From the IMG/VR virus record IMGVR_UViG_3300036846_000743, positions 1-64,000 of that record: DNA of 64,000 bases, one strand, 5' to 3'. The notes under the pieces were generated by a model. The model was not told where the DNA came from. It saw only the letters and a list, made by a program, of their open reading frames with translations, and did not search any database. Below, one piece after another: positions 55,031 to 64,000 of this stretch; the stretch's first letter is position 1; every line of letters begins with the position of its first letter. A program made the translations under genes and the position numbers.

Positions 55031-55272
55031 GCCATGAAGTAACGGTTGCCACCGTGACCGCCACGGCGATCTGCCAGCTTTTCCTGCTCGAACCGATCCA
55101 GCATCAGCTGGACCTGTTCGAGAACTTGCCTGTGAGGATATGCACGGTATGTCGGACGATCGTGCAGCAAACCGGTAGCTTCTTCAGCGCTCAGCCCGCC
55201 GGCTATGGTCTCGACCAGCAACTCTAACAGGTCAACCTTGAGCAGCTTGAGATCGATCGAAGATGGTTCCAT
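54994..55272 (-). CDS. Hypothetical protein
   Basis: GGAGG RBS before MEPSSIDLK (3' part of the listed ORF 54994..55722). Confidence 0.5.
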   Translation of the reverse strand: MEPSSIDLKLLKVDLLELLVETIAGGLSAEEATGLLHDRPTYRAYPHRQVLEQVQLMLDRFEQEKLADRRGGHGGNRYFMAWSAGRQSACDG

Positions 55273-55289
55273 TCGTACCTCCGATAGTG

Positions 55290-55318
55290 AAAAAAATAGG
55301 CCGCCCCGAGGGGCGGCC
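55290..55318 (-). terminator. Rho-independent terminator
   Basis: Minus strand GGCCGCCCC-TCG-GGGCGGCC-TATTTTTTT. Confidence 0.7.
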
Positions 55319-55352
55319 GGTTGCCGGTGCTGGTGGTGGTGAGTCGGTCCGG

Positions 55353-55895
55353 TCACTTCAGCGGCAGCTTCGAGCCCCTGAGCATCTCCGACACGAAGCG
55401 CAGCGAGTTCTGCCGGAACTTCTCCTGGGCTTCCTCGCCGCGAATGTCGGCGCGATCCATCAACGCCACGAGGCGACGCTGGGAATCCCGCTTGACCTCG
55501 ACGCTGGGCCAGCGATCGAGCGTGTCCGCGCTGTAGATTGCCGTGAGCACGGTCATCAGCTGCAACTTGTCGACGTCCGGCTTGGCTTCCAGCGCGGCAA
55601 GCTGCCGCAAGGCCACGTCGACCACGCTCGGCTTGGGCTTGGGCGTCGACCGGTACTGCGTGCGATCCATCAGCACCCCGAGCCGCTCCATGCAGGTCAT
55701 GCCAACATCCTTGTCGGGCCAATGGTTGCCGTGGTGCACGGTGAGGCCCAGCCCGGCAACCACGTCCAGGTCGAGCATGAACGTGGCGTCGAGGGGCCGC
55801 TGCTGTGCCCGTCGCTCCAGGTCTTCAAGGCCATCCATCAGCAGCTTGAACAGATCCGGTTCAGGACCGGCTGTCGCCAGCGAATCCGGTGACAT
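55353..55895 (-). CDS. Hypothetical protein
   Basis: Helical ~180 aa ORF; AAAGG RBS. Confidence 0.6.
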   Translation of the reverse strand: MSPDSLATAGPEPDLFKLLMDGLEDLERRAQQRPLDATFMLDLDVVAGLGLTVHHGNHWPDKDVGMTCMERLGVLMDRTQYRSTPKPKPSVVDVALRQLAALEAKPDVDKLQLMTVLTAIYSADTLDRWPSVEVKRDSQRRLVALMDRADIRGEEAQEKFRQNSLRFVSEMLRGSKLPLK

Positions 55896-55961
55896 TGGTG
55901 ATCTACCTTTCGTAGAAAAAGTTGGGTAGGACCACTCCACAACTAGGAAGTGGCCTTACTG

Positions 55962-55990
55962 TTTATGACATTTTTCCGGCTGATCTTTAG
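55962..55990 (-). promoter_or_regulatory. Candidate phage promoter CTAAA-N16-GTCATAAA
   Basis: Minus strand CTAAAGATCAGCCGGAAAAATGTCATAAA, just after the collagen gene stop. Confidence 0.55.
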
Positions 55991-56003
55991 ATCAGTCAGC
56001 GCA

Positions 56004-56924
56004 TCAGGCTTCGTAAGCCTTCGACCAGAATTCCCGGTTCTTCCTGGCGACGTCGGCGGTGAACATCGGGAACCGGGTATCCTGTTTGCCCTCGCGGATG
56101 CCCGAGATGGTCACGACAAAGCGCGTGGGAATGCCGTGCGAAGTGTCGCCAACGTCCAGGAAGATTCGGCCGTTGTCGATCATGACGCCGACGGCACAGG
56201 GCAGATTGGGCGCCACGGCGATTGGCAGAAGTGAGCCCGACACGCAGACATCGAGGAACCGCTGGTCCAGCTGGACCATTACACGTTTCAGCTTCTTGCT
56301 GTTGGGAATATCATAGACATCGAAGAACCTGGCCTCGGGCATCTCGGCACAGAACAGGCCAACGTAGTCATCGTCGGCGTTATTGAGCGGCATGATGGCA
56401 TACTTGTCACCCTGTGCGCCGGTTTTCCCTTGGGTTCCCTGCGGGCCTTGCGCGCCATCAGAACCGTCCTTGCCGTCTGTACCGGCTTTTCCGGGGTATC
56501 CCTGCGGGCCAGGGTAGCCAATCCCGTCGTCGCCTGGAGGGCCTTGAGTGCCTGTGCCAGCGGGACCAGGATCGCCTTTGGGCCCCGCCGGGCCCGGCAC
56601 CGTACTGGCCGGGCCAATCGGGCCAGTCGGGCCGGGGGGACCATGCGGACCGATCGGACCTGGAACACCGACACCACCGATACCTTGGAGACCTTGGGGA
56701 CCCTGGGGACCTTGGGGACCCTGGGGGCCTTGGATACCCTGGATGCCCTGAATTCCGGACGGACCAGTGACCGGGATCGAAAGCCAGGCGTCGCAGTTCA
56801 TGATCGCCTGGGGCGCGTCGGGCACCGTGCAGTCGTTGATGAACGGCTCAATACCGATCGGGTGCAGATCCGGAGGGACCGGGCACTTCGTTGCATCGAA
56901 AATGGGGTCTGGAAAGTTAGGCAT
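56004..56924 (-). CDS. Collagen-like (Gly-X-Y) tail fibre/spike protein
   Basis: About 40 Gly-X-Y triplets with short interruptions (GIQ, GPQ, GPP); C-terminal [16 protein letters not shown] domain. Confidence 0.8.
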   Translation of the reverse strand: MPNFPDPIFDATKCPVPPDLHPIGIEPFINDCTVPDAPQAIMNCDAWLSIPVTGPSGIQGIQGIQGPQGPQGPQGPQGLQGIGGVGVPGPIGPHGPPGPTGPIGPASTVPGPAGPKGDPGPAGTGTQGPPGDDGIGYPGPQGYPGKAGTDGKDGSDGAQGPQGTQGKTGAQGDKYAIMPLNNADDDYVGLFCAEMPEARFFDVYDIPNSKKLKRVMVQLDQRFLDVCVSGSLLPIAVAPNLPCAVGVMIDNGRIFLDVGDTSHGIPTRFVVTISGIREGKQDTRFPMFTADVARKNREFWSKAYEA

Positions 56925-57927
56925 CGCCCAGGTCCTCGACAATCACTTCGACTGCATCGCCCAGGTCCTCGATGATCGTGCTGGCAGCTGCACAGACGGT
57001 CATGTCGTGCCGATCGAAGTCAACGATCAGGCTCGTGTTGTCGTCGGACGATGTGATCGTGGTGCCCACATCGGCAACCAGCAGAATGACGCTGGCCGTC
57101 AGCCCGTTAATGCCGTAGATGACCTCATCGCAGGCCGGCCCGCCGCTGAGCAGGCTGCTCCCGGGCGGAGGTTGCTCATCGGGCGTGAGTGGCAGCTCGC
57201 CGAGGGGCGCGTCCTCACCGCAAACCACGCCGGCGCCGCCGGCCAGCACCGCCATGAAGGTGATGGAATTGGTTCTGGTATTCTGGCGGATCGAAACGTT
57301 GAAGCCCTCCTTGAACCGCAGATCCCCCACCAGATTGCGTGCATTGATGATGTATTCGAGCGGCGAAGCAGGCAAGCTGCCGCCAGGACAATCATCCGGT
57401 GGTGTTACATGGGTGCGATCTTGATTGGCCAGATTGATCGTCCGGACATAGCTCCGGCTCAGGTTCTGGATCCGTGCCGGCTCGATCTGTGGGCCTGTGG
57501 TGGCCGCCAGCGTACCGTCTGCGGGCATCAAGGCGGCAAGGTTGTCCATTGGGCCGGTGACCAGGAAGCCCTCCCAGAGCGGCGGCTGGGGCGGCGGAGA
57601 GCTTCCCAGAGCCACAGCCGCAACGTAGTTGGTCGCGAACTCAGCATCAGTCAGATCACGACTGAACTTCAGTGCATATCCAACCAGGCCAGGTGCGCTC
57701 GAACGAAAGTCAAACGTGAACGTATTGCCTGCACGCGTGACCTGATGCAGGTATATAACGTCCTTGGTGTCGTCGAATTCGGAGTCGAGCCCCACCAGGC
57801 AGCCGAAGTCGAGCAGCGTATCCAGGGGCAGGCGGAATTCGGCTGGCTTGTCCGATAGCGCGTTCGAGAACGGGATCAGCGGATAGGCCCGTCCTTCGTT
57901 GTCGTTGCAGAATCCCGGCCGCGCCAT
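56917..57927 (-). CDS. Putative tail/baseplate protein, paralog family member
   Basis: N-terminal [10 protein letters not shown]; CGE...C...YGING motif. Confidence 0.6.
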   Translation of the reverse strand: MARPGFCNDNEGRAYPLIPFSNALSDKPAEFRLPLDTLLDFGCLVGLDSEFDDTKDVIYLHQVTRAGNTFTFDFRSSAPGLVGYALKFSRDLTDAEFATNYVAAVALGSSPPPQPPLWEGFLVTGPMDNLAALMPADGTLAATTGPQIEPARIQNLSRSYVRTINLANQDRTHVTPPDDCPGGSLPASPLEYIINARNLVGDLRFKEGFNVSIRQNTRTNSITFMAVLAGGAGVVCGEDAPLGELPLTPDEQPPPGSSLLSGGPACDEVIYGINGLTASVILLVADVGTTITSSDDNTSLIVDFDRHDMTVCAAASTIIEDLGDAVEVIVEDLGDA

Positions 57928-57930
57928 GCG

Positions 57931-58701
57931 TCACCTCAGCTGTACCCCGTGAACTGTGCTGCCCACCAGACCGATGATCAGTGTATCCGGCGGCTTGGGA
58001 ACGATACGCAGGACCGTGTCGGGAGCGGAAGCATTCGCCACGGCGATCTGGAAGTTGCCCTCGGAGTCGGGTGCGATGCCATTGATCGTCTTGACGAACC
58101 GCGGGGGCGAGTATGACTGTGCCGGATAACAGAGCCGGCGCGCAAAGAGCGGGTCACCCACCACGTCGACCCGGATTGAGCCGTCGTCGTCCAGGCTGAC
58201 CTGAATGCCGTTCTCGCCAATGATCCAGGTATCGCCGGTGAGCAGGATGCCCTGCGACGCGAGCAGGCCGCGCACGCCTTCCTCGGGCGTGGAGATCGTG
58301 CAGCTGGCGGCGAACTCGGTGGCCCCGATGTCGAAGACATGCGCGCCCGTCGGCCATGACTGGGCCGACGCCAGTAAGATGGGATCGGCCACGAACAGCC
58401 CGGCAGGCCGGCCGTAGCCATCGGCCAGAGCAATCAAGTTCGGCGGCGCCAGCGGATCGAACGAGCCTGACGCGAGCTGGGGCCTGGTGGCGTCACCGAT
58501 CCAGATCGTGACGACGCGGTTCGAGACTTCGAGTGATGAGATGTAGACCCGCGGGCCGGCGCCGATCGGATAGACGACCGCATCGATGAGCATATCGGGG
58601 GTCAGACTGATCTTGTCCCGCGACAGGAGCGTAGCCGTGTCGGCGAACGGATAGAGCGAGTCCAGGTTCTCGTTGCGAAATTCCGGGTGAACAATTCTCA
58701 C
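57931..58701 (-). CDS. Putative tail/baseplate protein, paralog family member
   Basis: GTG start; EFRNENLDSLYPFADTAT and KTINGIAPDSEGNFQI. Confidence 0.6.
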   Translation of the reverse strand: MRIVHPEFRNENLDSLYPFADTATLLSRDKISLTPDMLIDAVVYPIGAGPRVYISSLEVSNRVVTIWIGDATRPQLASGSFDPLAPPNLIALADGYGRPAGLFVADPILLASAQSWPTGAHVFDIGATEFAASCTISTPEEGVRGLLASQGILLTGDTWIIGENGIQVSLDDDGSIRVDVVGDPLFARRLCYPAQSYSPPRFVKTINGIAPDSEGNFQIAVANASAPDTVLRIVPKPPDTLIIGLVGSTVHGVQLR

Positions 58702-58703
58702 GG

Positions 58704-60434
58704 CTAGCCCCCGAACGGATTGTCTGAATCCCAGAACGAGATGAAGCTGAACCGGCAGTGCGCGTTGTTGGCCCCGAACCCGATCTTGCCGCCGTGGATC
58801 AGGTTGATCCCCCAGGGCTGCATCACCTCGATCAATGTGAAGCTCGGGTCCTCGAGCGGCTTGAGCACGATGGTGAAGTTCCACAGGTCCTTGTTAGGGC
58901 CAGGATTGGGACTGATCGCGCTGTTGACGCTCAGCTCGTACCAGAGCCCGGGCTTGGGCCTGTTGGTGCCGAACGGGAACCCGACAGCCATGGTGAGCCC
59001 GCCGCGAAAGACATTGAACTCCAGGTAATTGGTGACCAGGTTGGGCCCGATGGAGAAAAAGGTCGGCATCCCGCCCATCGTGGGGTCCTGGGCAATGTAA
59101 TTGAGCACGATGGCGCCGTTCATCTGGGGCCCGGGCATGATCTTGATGTCGGTGCCAACGTTCAGATTCATGTTCAGGAAGTCATAGTCGCAGTCCCAGA
59201 TCGACACGCTCATCTTGGATGGGTTGGTGCAGGCGTAGCTCTGATTGATACTGGTGATCGTCGGGGCGGTTGTCCGGGTGGCCCGGTGCAGAGGTGGAAA
59301 GCCCGTGAACCCCAGAGTACGCCCGGGCGCAGGACCGGGCCCCGGGCCAGTTGCACCAGCAGGCTCCTGCGGCGAGTCGTCCGCTTCGATGGCCCAGTCG
59401 CCCTTCATCGGGACCCACGCCGACGATATGCCGAAGTCAAAGCTGTCGTAATAGGGCATCGGAACACAGCCTGCCGGCAATGGTCCCGGCGGTGTCGGCG
59501 TCGGCCCCGGCTCGGGTGTCGGCGGCAGTGGCGGCGGGCACTCATCCGGATACGTGCCGGGTAGGTTCCCTGCGCTGTCGGGCAGCGTATCTTGACCCAG
59601 ACAGACATCGGCCATGCCCAGCGACAGGTCCAGGGCAAAGCCGCCGCCACCCTCGAACGGCAGGTACTTCAGGATGTCGTAAGCCTTGCTGAAGTCGATG
59701 GTCAGATTGCCGTCACAGTCGGGCTGGACGGTGTTGATCATCTCGAGCACCGGCCTGCCACAGGTGTTGCTTTCAGGCCGACCTCCGCAAGGGCCCGTGT
59801 AGTAGCTGTAAACGTTGCGGTTCAGACTATCGATCAGGCCAATCACGATGGCGTCGACGTCGCCGCTATCGATGTTGCGTATCTCCTGCGTCACCGCGAT
59901 GTCGGTGCTGCCCAGAAGCTGGATCACGCCGGTCAGGGCCTGACTCAGGCCGAGCTTGCCCAGGGAACGGACCGGCAGGGGATCGTAGGCCAGGGCCACG
60001 CGGGGCAAGAGTAGCGACTGGCCCGGCGAGCTGAACCGGCCCGAGTAGGGCTCTTCGATGCCGCGGCCGAAGACCAGCCAGCCTCCGACGCCGCCGGCCA
60101 TGGGCTGGATTGGGTAGTGCCGGTTGGGTGTAACCGGCTTGGGCAGCGAGACCGACCCCAGGGGCTGCATGGCCACACCGTTCCGCAGCACACCACCCGG
60201 CGGCAGGACTGCGGTAGGAGTCGCCATGATCACGGCCGTGACGATACTTGGTCCGACAGTCACGCCGCTGAGGTAGGCGAACTGACCGATGGTCGTGGGG
60301 AACCGGATCCGGCAGTCGACCAGGATCTGGGGCGGTAGCTCCCGCCCGCCGTCGTCGCGCGCCGTCGCCGCGTCATCGAGCGGGTAGGCTCGGGTCGCAT
60401 TGGCTGCATACCAGTCCGGGTTCCTGATGCCCAT
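58704..60434 (-). CDS. Putative tail/baseplate protein with Pro linker and C-terminal beta domain
   Basis: IRNPDWYAANATRAYPLDDAAT; INTVQPDCDGNLTI; PPPLPPTPEP linker. Confidence 0.6.
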   Translation of the reverse strand: MGIRNPDWYAANATRAYPLDDAATARDDGGRELPPQILVDCRIRFPTTIGQFAYLSGVTVGPSIVTAVIMATPTAVLPPGGVLRNGVAMQPLGSVSLPKPVTPNRHYPIQPMAGGVGGWLVFGRGIEEPYSGRFSSPGQSLLLPRVALAYDPLPVRSLGKLGLSQALTGVIQLLGSTDIAVTQEIRNIDSGDVDAIVIGLIDSLNRNVYSYYTGPCGGRPESNTCGRPVLEMINTVQPDCDGNLTIDFSKAYDILKYLPFEGGGGFALDLSLGMADVCLGQDTLPDSAGNLPGTYPDECPPPLPPTPEPGPTPTPPGPLPAGCVPMPYYDSFDFGISSAWVPMKGDWAIEADDSPQEPAGATGPGPGPAPGRTLGFTGFPPLHRATRTTAPTITSINQSYACTNPSKMSVSIWDCDYDFLNMNLNVGTDIKIMPGPQMNGAIVLNYIAQDPTMGGMPTFFSIGPNLVTNYLEFNVFRGGLTMAVGFPFGTNRPKPGLWYELSVNSAISPNPGPNKDLWNFTIVLKPLEDPSFTLIEVMQPWGINLIHGGKIGFGANNAHCRFSFISFWDSDNPFGG

Positions 60435-60463
60435 CAGTTCTTCCTAGCTGAAGGTTGACACGA

Positions 60464-61828
60464 TCAATAGAACCATGGCCCTGTCCACGTGCCTTGCGGG
60501 CTGTAATGGGGAACGTTTTCCTTGGTGATGGTGACGACCTCCCCGGTGATCGTTATCGTCGCTCCCCAGGGCGGCGAGAGCAGCATCTCGAACGTGCCGC
60601 GCCATCCCTGGACCCGCATGGCCGCTACCCCACCGACGTGAGCAGTATAGGAGCCATTGGGATTCTGCTCTGGCTTGTAGGGGGCCATTTGCTTCTTGCC
60701 GAACTGCGTAATGTAAGTCGAACCGGGCACGATCTGCCAGGGAATTGGCGGGTCGCTCACGAGGTTGGCGGTCAGCTGCCCGTCGTAGAGGCAGTCACCC
60801 GTCATGTTGCAAACCCCGAAGCTGAAGTCGATGAACCTGGGGGGCCGGATTCTGGCGTCAATCTGCACCACGATGTTCTCGCGGCATTCCTTCTGCGCGT
60901 TCCATCGTTCCTTGGCCACGATGAATTCGTCGCGGGTGGCCTCGGCCTTGGCGGACGTGGCCCGCAGCTTGGCTTCGAGATCCAGGATGGCGCGCTGGAC
61001 GTTGACGAAGTCATCGCAGTCGCAGCACGGTCCGCAGTTATTGCCCAGCGCGAGGGCGCCCGGGGTCGGCACGGCCGTGTTGCCGGCCCCGATGGAGATC
61101 AGCTGCCGGACGAAGTAGCACTTGTCAGCCGCGAGGGCGAAGTTGCCCTGGTCATCGGGCCCGACGCCGCCAATCCTGCGTATGACAAGATCAGGATCCA
61201 CGCAGCCCGGATAGCGGCCTATGCCATTGCCGGGGTTAGCGTTGTAGGTCAGCGCGGTCGTGTTGCTGAGCGGCTCGGCGTAAGGCTTGGGGATGATGTC
61301 CATGTTGTAGCCGCAGCGGAATACGATCTCATCCGTGACGAGTATGGCTGGGTTGTTCTTCTCGCTCAGATACAGCAAGCGCTCCGGTATCAGGTAAGAA
61401 GTTCGCTCATCGAGCACGCCGTTCACAGGAATGATCTCATCGGGCCAGTCAGGACGATCCTCGGGGACGGCTGTGTGCTGCACGACCCGGCAGACAGCGC
61501 CCTGGGGAAAGAGCCACTCATGGACGCGCAGCCGCGGGCCGAAGGGCTTCCAGTAATAGTGCGCGTCGGGCGAGTCGAACACGGTCGCGCCATTGGCATC
61601 GACGATCGTGATCTGGGCGCTGGAAGATACGTCGTCGAATGCCTCCTGAAAGCCCGACAGGAAAGAAACGCTGAACGGCAGCACGGCATCGTGGTTCTCG
61701 TGCGCCAGCCAGAGATCGGCGAGCAGCCCGACAATGTCATCACTGGGCTGCACGAACGGGAAATTGGATCCCTGAGCTTCGACGCCAGTGCCTTTGCCGC
61801 CAGTCGGTAGAATCAACACTGGATACAT
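60464..61828 (-). CDS. Putative tail/baseplate protein, paralog family member
   Basis: RRIGGVGPDDQGNFAL; CGPCCDC followed by a coiled coil. Confidence 0.6.
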   Translation of the reverse strand: MYPVLILPTGGKGTGVEAQGSNFPFVQPSDDIVGLLADLWLAHENHDAVLPFSVSFLSGFQEAFDDVSSSAQITIVDANGATVFDSPDAHYYWKPFGPRLRVHEWLFPQGAVCRVVQHTAVPEDRPDWPDEIIPVNGVLDERTSYLIPERLLYLSEKNNPAILVTDEIVFRCGYNMDIIPKPYAEPLSNTTALTYNANPGNGIGRYPGCVDPDLVIRRIGGVGPDDQGNFALAADKCYFVRQLISIGAGNTAVPTPGALALGNNCGPCCDCDDFVNVQRAILDLEAKLRATSAKAEATRDEFIVAKERWNAQKECRENIVVQIDARIRPPRFIDFSFGVCNMTGDCLYDGQLTANLVSDPPIPWQIVPGSTYITQFGKKQMAPYKPEQNPNGSYTAHVGGVAAMRVQGWRGTFEMLLSPPWGATITITGEVVTITKENVPHYSPQGTWTGPWFY

Positions 61829-62778
61829 CCTTGATCGTTCAAACGTGAACCTAAGATGATCTGGCTGAAGGTATTGAGCTGGAGCGCGAGCTGATCAACG
61901 AAGCTCTGAAGAGTCGCCTCACCCGTACCCAGGATCTGGAGTTCCTGGGTGACGTATTCCAGTTCCGCGCACCCGCAGCACGGCGACGAGCAGCTGTCGT
62001 TGAGTTGAAGACCGTTGCTGAGCGGATTGATCGTCAGGCAGCTATCACCGGTCAGGGAGAAGTCGCCATTGGGCAAGGGCGATACGCCGTTGATCCTGCG
62101 GATCGGTGGACCGATAGTTCCCTCGCAGGCGCATTGCTCAGTCAAGCCAGCACCATCGATGGCATCAAAACGAACCTCGGCCGGGACAGCCGGCGAGGTG
62201 TCAGTGGCCTGGGAGCCCGGGGTCACCGAGATCTGCATGTTGCTCCCTGACGACAGGATCACGTGCCCGGTCAGCCTGTCACTCAGTTCGCCGTTATTCA
62301 GGACCCGGAGCGACTGGATGCCGCGGATCATCGGCCGGATGCAATCACTGTCGAGCCCGCCGCCATTGATGTCGAAGGAGAACTGCCCGGTCGGCTGAAG
62401 ATCGATCGAACCGAGCTGGCCGATGACGAGCTTGCCCACCGAGTCATCGAACGGGTAAACCCCTGGCAGGGAATAGGTCGTGTTCGGTACATGCGTGACC
62501 TTGCTGATGATGGCCGAGGCAACAATGGCCACGCCGTCGCTGCTGTTGTACCCGATCGAGATGTTGTAGCCGGTCGCGAAGATCGAGATCGAGGCGAGAA
62601 AGAATTGATCAACGTCAACGTTGACCCCGGCATGCGCGGGGAAATAAAGCTCCAGGATAAAGTCATCGGGCAGCTTGAACGTGCCGGTGAGATCGGTCTT
62701 GGTGGCATCATCGGACAGCGGATAGGACCGCTGCGAGTTATGATTGAGCCACTCCAGGTTCCAGATACCTACTGGCAT
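61813..62778 (-). CDS. Putative tail/baseplate protein, paralog family member
   Basis: WLNHNSQRSYPLSDDAT; RRINGVSPLPNGDFSL; CSSPCCGC followed by a coiled coil. Confidence 0.6.
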   Translation of the reverse strand: MPVGIWNLEWLNHNSQRSYPLSDDATKTDLTGTFKLPDDFILELYFPAHAGVNVDVDQFFLASISIFATGYNISIGYNSSDGVAIVASAIISKVTHVPNTTYSLPGVYPFDDSVGKLVIGQLGSIDLQPTGQFSFDINGGGLDSDCIRPMIRGIQSLRVLNNGELSDRLTGHVILSSGSNMQISVTPGSQATDTSPAVPAEVRFDAIDGAGLTEQCACEGTIGPPIRRINGVSPLPNGDFSLTGDSCLTINPLSNGLQLNDSCSSPCCGCAELEYVTQELQILGTGEATLQSFVDQLALQLNTFSQIILGSRLNDQGCIQC

Positions 62779-62808
62779 TTATTGGTCTCCTTACCAATAG
62801 GTATCCGG

Positions 62809-64000
62809 TCATGGTCCAGTGACGAGCGGGACGGCCGTCAGGATGCCGGCGGGCCGCATGAGCCCTACCTCGCCGGGATAGCCGTCATTGCTGGTGCGCA
62901 CCAGGTTGACGAGGATCGTATCACCGGCCGTCACAGGGATCGGCACGCTCTCGACCTGGACGTACTGGTCGGAATTGATCAACACGTGAGTGTTGATGGT
63001 CAGCACCTGCTCGTTGACCACCCCCGGCAGATTGATCGGTGTCGTCACCGGCGGTGCCGGCGGCGCTGGCTGCGTTGGCGCCAGCGGTGGCTGGTTCAAG
63101 ATGCGATAGGTCGCCGTCATGATCGGCAGTGTGCCGTTGACCCCGCGGCCGATGAGCTGCATCCGTAGCGCCACCTGCGGGGTGTCCGGTATGCCTTTGG
63201 CCGGGACATTGAACCGCATCCGGATGCTGGTATCGCGGCCGGAGTCGAAGCCGATGTAGGGGATCTCCATGTAGAACCGTTCTTCGGTCTGGGCCAGCCG
63301 GATCAATTCAGCTGGTAGCTCACGCTCGCCGGACACGGTGTCGATTGAGATCTTGACCGTCCCCTGGTGCAGGATGCTGCCGTCGAGCTGTGGCGTCGGA
63401 TTGGTCGAAAGCAGCTCACATCCACTGTTGGCATCGGCTTGCAGGCCCTCGACCACGAGTCCCTGCCGGAAGGTGATCCCATCCAGGCGCTTGAAAGCGA
63501 TGGGGCCGGTGACCAGGTTCTCCGTGTCGACCAAGAACTCCAGGTCGAGATGTGCATACAGATCGCCGGTCGTCGCGTCAGCGTCATTGCAGTCGGTGAA
63601 CCGCAGCTCCGGGCTGTCCGCCGCCGGCTGCAAGCTGGTCACCGTCGTGCGCTCGGTAGTGAAGACCATCATGGTGTAGGACAGGATGATCTGGAAGTTC
63701 TCGGTGCGCGGGCACTCAGGCCCGGTAGCAGGATTGCCGGTCTCGTCTTCGACGGGAGCAGTCCAGTCGCTGGGCCATGGTTGATCGCCGTCGCAATCGC
63801 TCATCCACCAGATGCCGAAGCGATCAACCGAGCACAGGCCGCCAGGGCCCGCTGGTATCAGCGTCCCGCCCAGATAGTTCTCGCCGCGATCGAGAAAGAT
63901 AGCAGCTCCCGAAGGCGGGATCGGCGGGAAGATCTGGGCCAGCTCGGGATGCATGGCCAGGTTATAGCCAAAGGCCGCGCCGGTCGGTATCGGAACGCTA
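62809..64000 (-). CDS. Putative virion structural protein, 5' end outside window
   Basis: The frame stays open from 63954 to the window edge (SVPIPTGAAFGYNLA-MHPEL). Confidence 0.6.
   Translation of the reverse strand, partial: SVPIPTGAAFGYNLAMHPELAQIFPPIPPSGAAIFLDRGENYLGGTLIPAGPGGLCSVDRFGIWWMSDCDGDQPWPSDWTAPVEDETGNPATGPECPRTENFQIILSYTMMVFTTERTTVTSLQPAADSPELRFTDCNDADATTGDLYAHLDLEFLVDTENLVTGPIAFKRLDGITFRQGLVVEGLQADANSGCELLSTNPTPQLDGSILHQGTVKISIDTVSGERELPAELIRLAQTEERFYMEIPYIGFDSGRDTSIRMRFNVPAKGIPDTPQVALRMQLIGRGVNGTLPIMTATYRILNQPPLAPTQPAPPAPPVTTPINLPGVVNEQVLTINTHVLINSDQYVQVESVPIPVTAGDTILVNLVRTSNDGYPGEVGLMRPAGILTAVPLVTGP

Noticed and set aside
56921-56973. 19-bp direct repeat GCATCGCCCAGGTCCTCGA (EDLGDA twice) as a DGR or regulatory repeat
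   Set aside because: Short in-frame coding duplication at a gene end; no reverse transcriptase or adenine-specific TR/VR pair.
1-64000. tRNA/rRNA genes and integrase or transposase
   Set aside because: No cloverleaf with a GTTCRA T-loop and no recombinase or transposase motifs recognised by eye; tRNAscan-SE would be needed to exclude tRNAs formally.

Overview
This window is a 64 kb slice of a large, GC-rich tailed-phage genome. Genes run off both edges, no host housekeeping operons are present, and most genes lie on the minus strand. The host is probably a planctomycete, inferred from a PEP-CTERM protein, a CAP protein and a Ycf46-like AAA/DUF2997 module. From left to right: glycan-modifying genes (RGP/GT75-like, GT2-like, sulfotransferase); about 30 small hypothetical genes, many with zinc ribbons, plus a BRO protein; a gene with pC194/pUB110-type (Rep_1) HUH architecture next to a ~1.2 kb non-coding region packed with hairpins and repeats; a divergent sigma70-family factor, class II ribonucleotide reductase (nrdJ) and RNase H; a methyltransferase, a GpA-type large terminase, a hyper-acidic protein and a primase/helicase-like protein with degenerate catalytic motifs; a second methyltransferase/glycosyltransferase pair; a Gp88-SWIM-SWIM-DUF3150-DUF2997-AAA module; a cluster of envelope-targeted proteins separated by related hairpins; and a collagen-like fibre gene followed by a paralogous array of Cys-rich virion genes. 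A bipartite motif, CTAAA-N16-GTCATA(T/A)A, recurs upstream of four minus-strand genes and is a candidate phage promoter. I found no tRNA, rRNA, CRISPR array, integrase or reverse transcriptase. All family calls come from motifs recognised by eye, not from database searches.
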